From an uncultured Acidimicrobiaceae bacterium (GTDB taxonomy: Bacteria > Actinomycetota > Acidimicrobiia > Acidimicrobiales > RAAP-2): a stretch of 64,000 bases of DNA. How positions within the stretch are numbered: position 1 is the first letter of the stretch; each line of letters begins with the position of its first letter. The DNA is taken from the NCBI GenBank assembly GCA_963755665.1, contig CAVWKU010000019.1, positions 5,202-69,201 on the forward strand. The letters are read 5' to 3'. Under the pieces are notes generated by a model that was given only the letters and a program-made list of their open reading frames with translations, did not search any database and was not told the DNA's origin. This document shows positions 63,275-64,000 of this stretch, one piece after another. The position numbers and the translations under genes are program-made.

Positions 63275-64000
63275 CAGCGCACCTGCCTTGGTAGAGAAAA
63301 CTGCACGGTTTCTTCGGTTGTTCTGTGTTCGGTGACCGTTGTCGGCCCGAGGGTCTTGAGGATTTCGATGACCTCGGTCACCAGTGCCTCCGGTGCGGAG
63401 GCTCCGGCCGTCAGCCCCACCGTACGGGTGTCGTCGAGCCAACTGAGGTGAAGCTCCGAGGCGTCTTCGATGAGTTCGGCCCGGCATCCCTCCCGGCGGG
63501 CGACCTCGACGAGCCGGGCGGTGTTGGAGGAATTCGCCGAACCGACCACCAGCATCAGGTCACATCGACTGGCCAGGGCGCGCACGGCGTCCTGGCGATT
63601 CTGGGTGGCGTAGCAAATGTCGTTGGAGGTCGGGCCCACGAGCTGGGGCACGCGCTCGCGCAGGGCCTCGATCACGTCGGCCGTCTCGTCGATCGAAAGG
63701 GTGGTCTGGGTCAGGTAGGCCACGCGATCGTGGTCGCCGAAGACGAGGTCCCTCACGTCCTCCTTGCGTTGGACGAGCTGAATCCGGTCGGGCGCCTCGC
63801 CGATGGTCCCCACCACTTCCTCGTGCTCGGCATGCCCGACAAGGACGATCTGGTAGTCCTGCGCCAAGTAGCGCCTGGCCTCGTGGTGCACCTTGGCCAC
63901 CAGCGGGCAGGTCGCATCGATCACGGTGAGGTCCTGGCGCTGCGGCTGCCGCAGTGCGCACAGCGGGCGACACACCGTGCGCGGCCAGGACGACGGTTGC
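63274..64000 (-). CDS. ispH: 4-hydroxy-3-methylbut-2-enyl diphosphate reductase IspH; the 5' part runs out of the window; one frame change near 63960
   Basis: VIDATCPLVAKVHHEA...VLVGHAEHEEVVG...YLTQTTLS...NDICYATQNRQ...VVGSANSSNT (ORF 63274..63975). AAHGVSP appears further upstream in another frame. Confidence 0.9.
   Translation of the reverse strand, partial: QPSSWPRTVCRPLCALRQPQRQDLTVIDATCPLVAKVHHEARRYLAQDYQIVLVGHAEHEEVVGTIGEAPDRIQLVQRKEDVRDLVFGDHDRVAYLTQTTLSIDETADVIEALRERVPQLVGPTSNDICYATQNRQDAVRALASRCDLMLVVGSANSSNTARLVEVARREGCRAELIEDASELHLSWLDDTRTVGLTAGASAPEALVTEVIEILKTLGPTTVTEHRTTEETVQFSLPRQVR

Noticed and set aside
1-64000. tRNA, rRNA, tmRNA, RNase P, integrase and transposase genes
   Set aside because: I looked for T-arm-like GGTTCGA(A/G)TCC contexts, rRNA-like stretches and DDE or tyrosine-recombinase motifs and found none. 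smpB and ssrA, which often follow ftsX in actinobacteria, are not present here.

Overview
This is a very GC-rich chromosome segment of actinobacterial type. The evidence is a Kgd/OdhA-type fused 2-oxoglutarate dehydrogenase, a PafBC-like HTH-WYL pair, MmpL, F420 cofC, GlnII, hopanoid hpnH and Lys/Ala-rich histone-like tails; the exact lineage cannot be proven from sequence alone. I recognise about 55 protein genes, most of them housekeeping:
- Cell wall: ddl, a murF-like ligase, an L,D-transpeptidase.
- Central metabolism: kgd, gpsA, glnII, fabZ, an accD-like gene, moaC, cofC, two dxs paralogues, hpnH, ispH.
- The secA-prfB-ftsE-ftsX block.
- DNA and RNA functions: xthA, a uvrD-like helicase, rnhB, ssb, a DEAD-box helicase fused to a cold-shock domain.
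- tldD/pmbA and a TetR-MmpL pair.

I saw no rRNA, tRNA, CRISPR array, integrase or transposase.

Major caveat: a large fraction of clearly conserved genes can only be read by changing frame one to five times. Most gene coordinates below are therefore whole-gene spans stitched from two to five ORF-track fragments. Coordinates read by eye may be off by 1-2 nt.

Most notable non-routine content:
1. A sequence-conserved AT-rich palindromic hairpin occurs three times at gene 3' ends. Twice it is coupled to a ~200-nt GC-rich structured repeat, and one copy is bracketed by an 11-bp direct repeat.
2. A decayed MOBF relaxase + type IV coupling protein island (about 26.6-30.5 kb) has an AT-rich core and a histone-like gene. 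It sits next to the PafBC-like WYL regulators.
3. An Flp-type pilin gene is absent from the ORF track.
4. There are several unusual domain architectures: a TM-anchored MurF-like ligase next to Ddl, a NYN-Lys-rich-S1 protein, a beta-propeller-repeat L,D-transpeptidase, a DEAD-CSD helicase and a LysM-BTAD protein.
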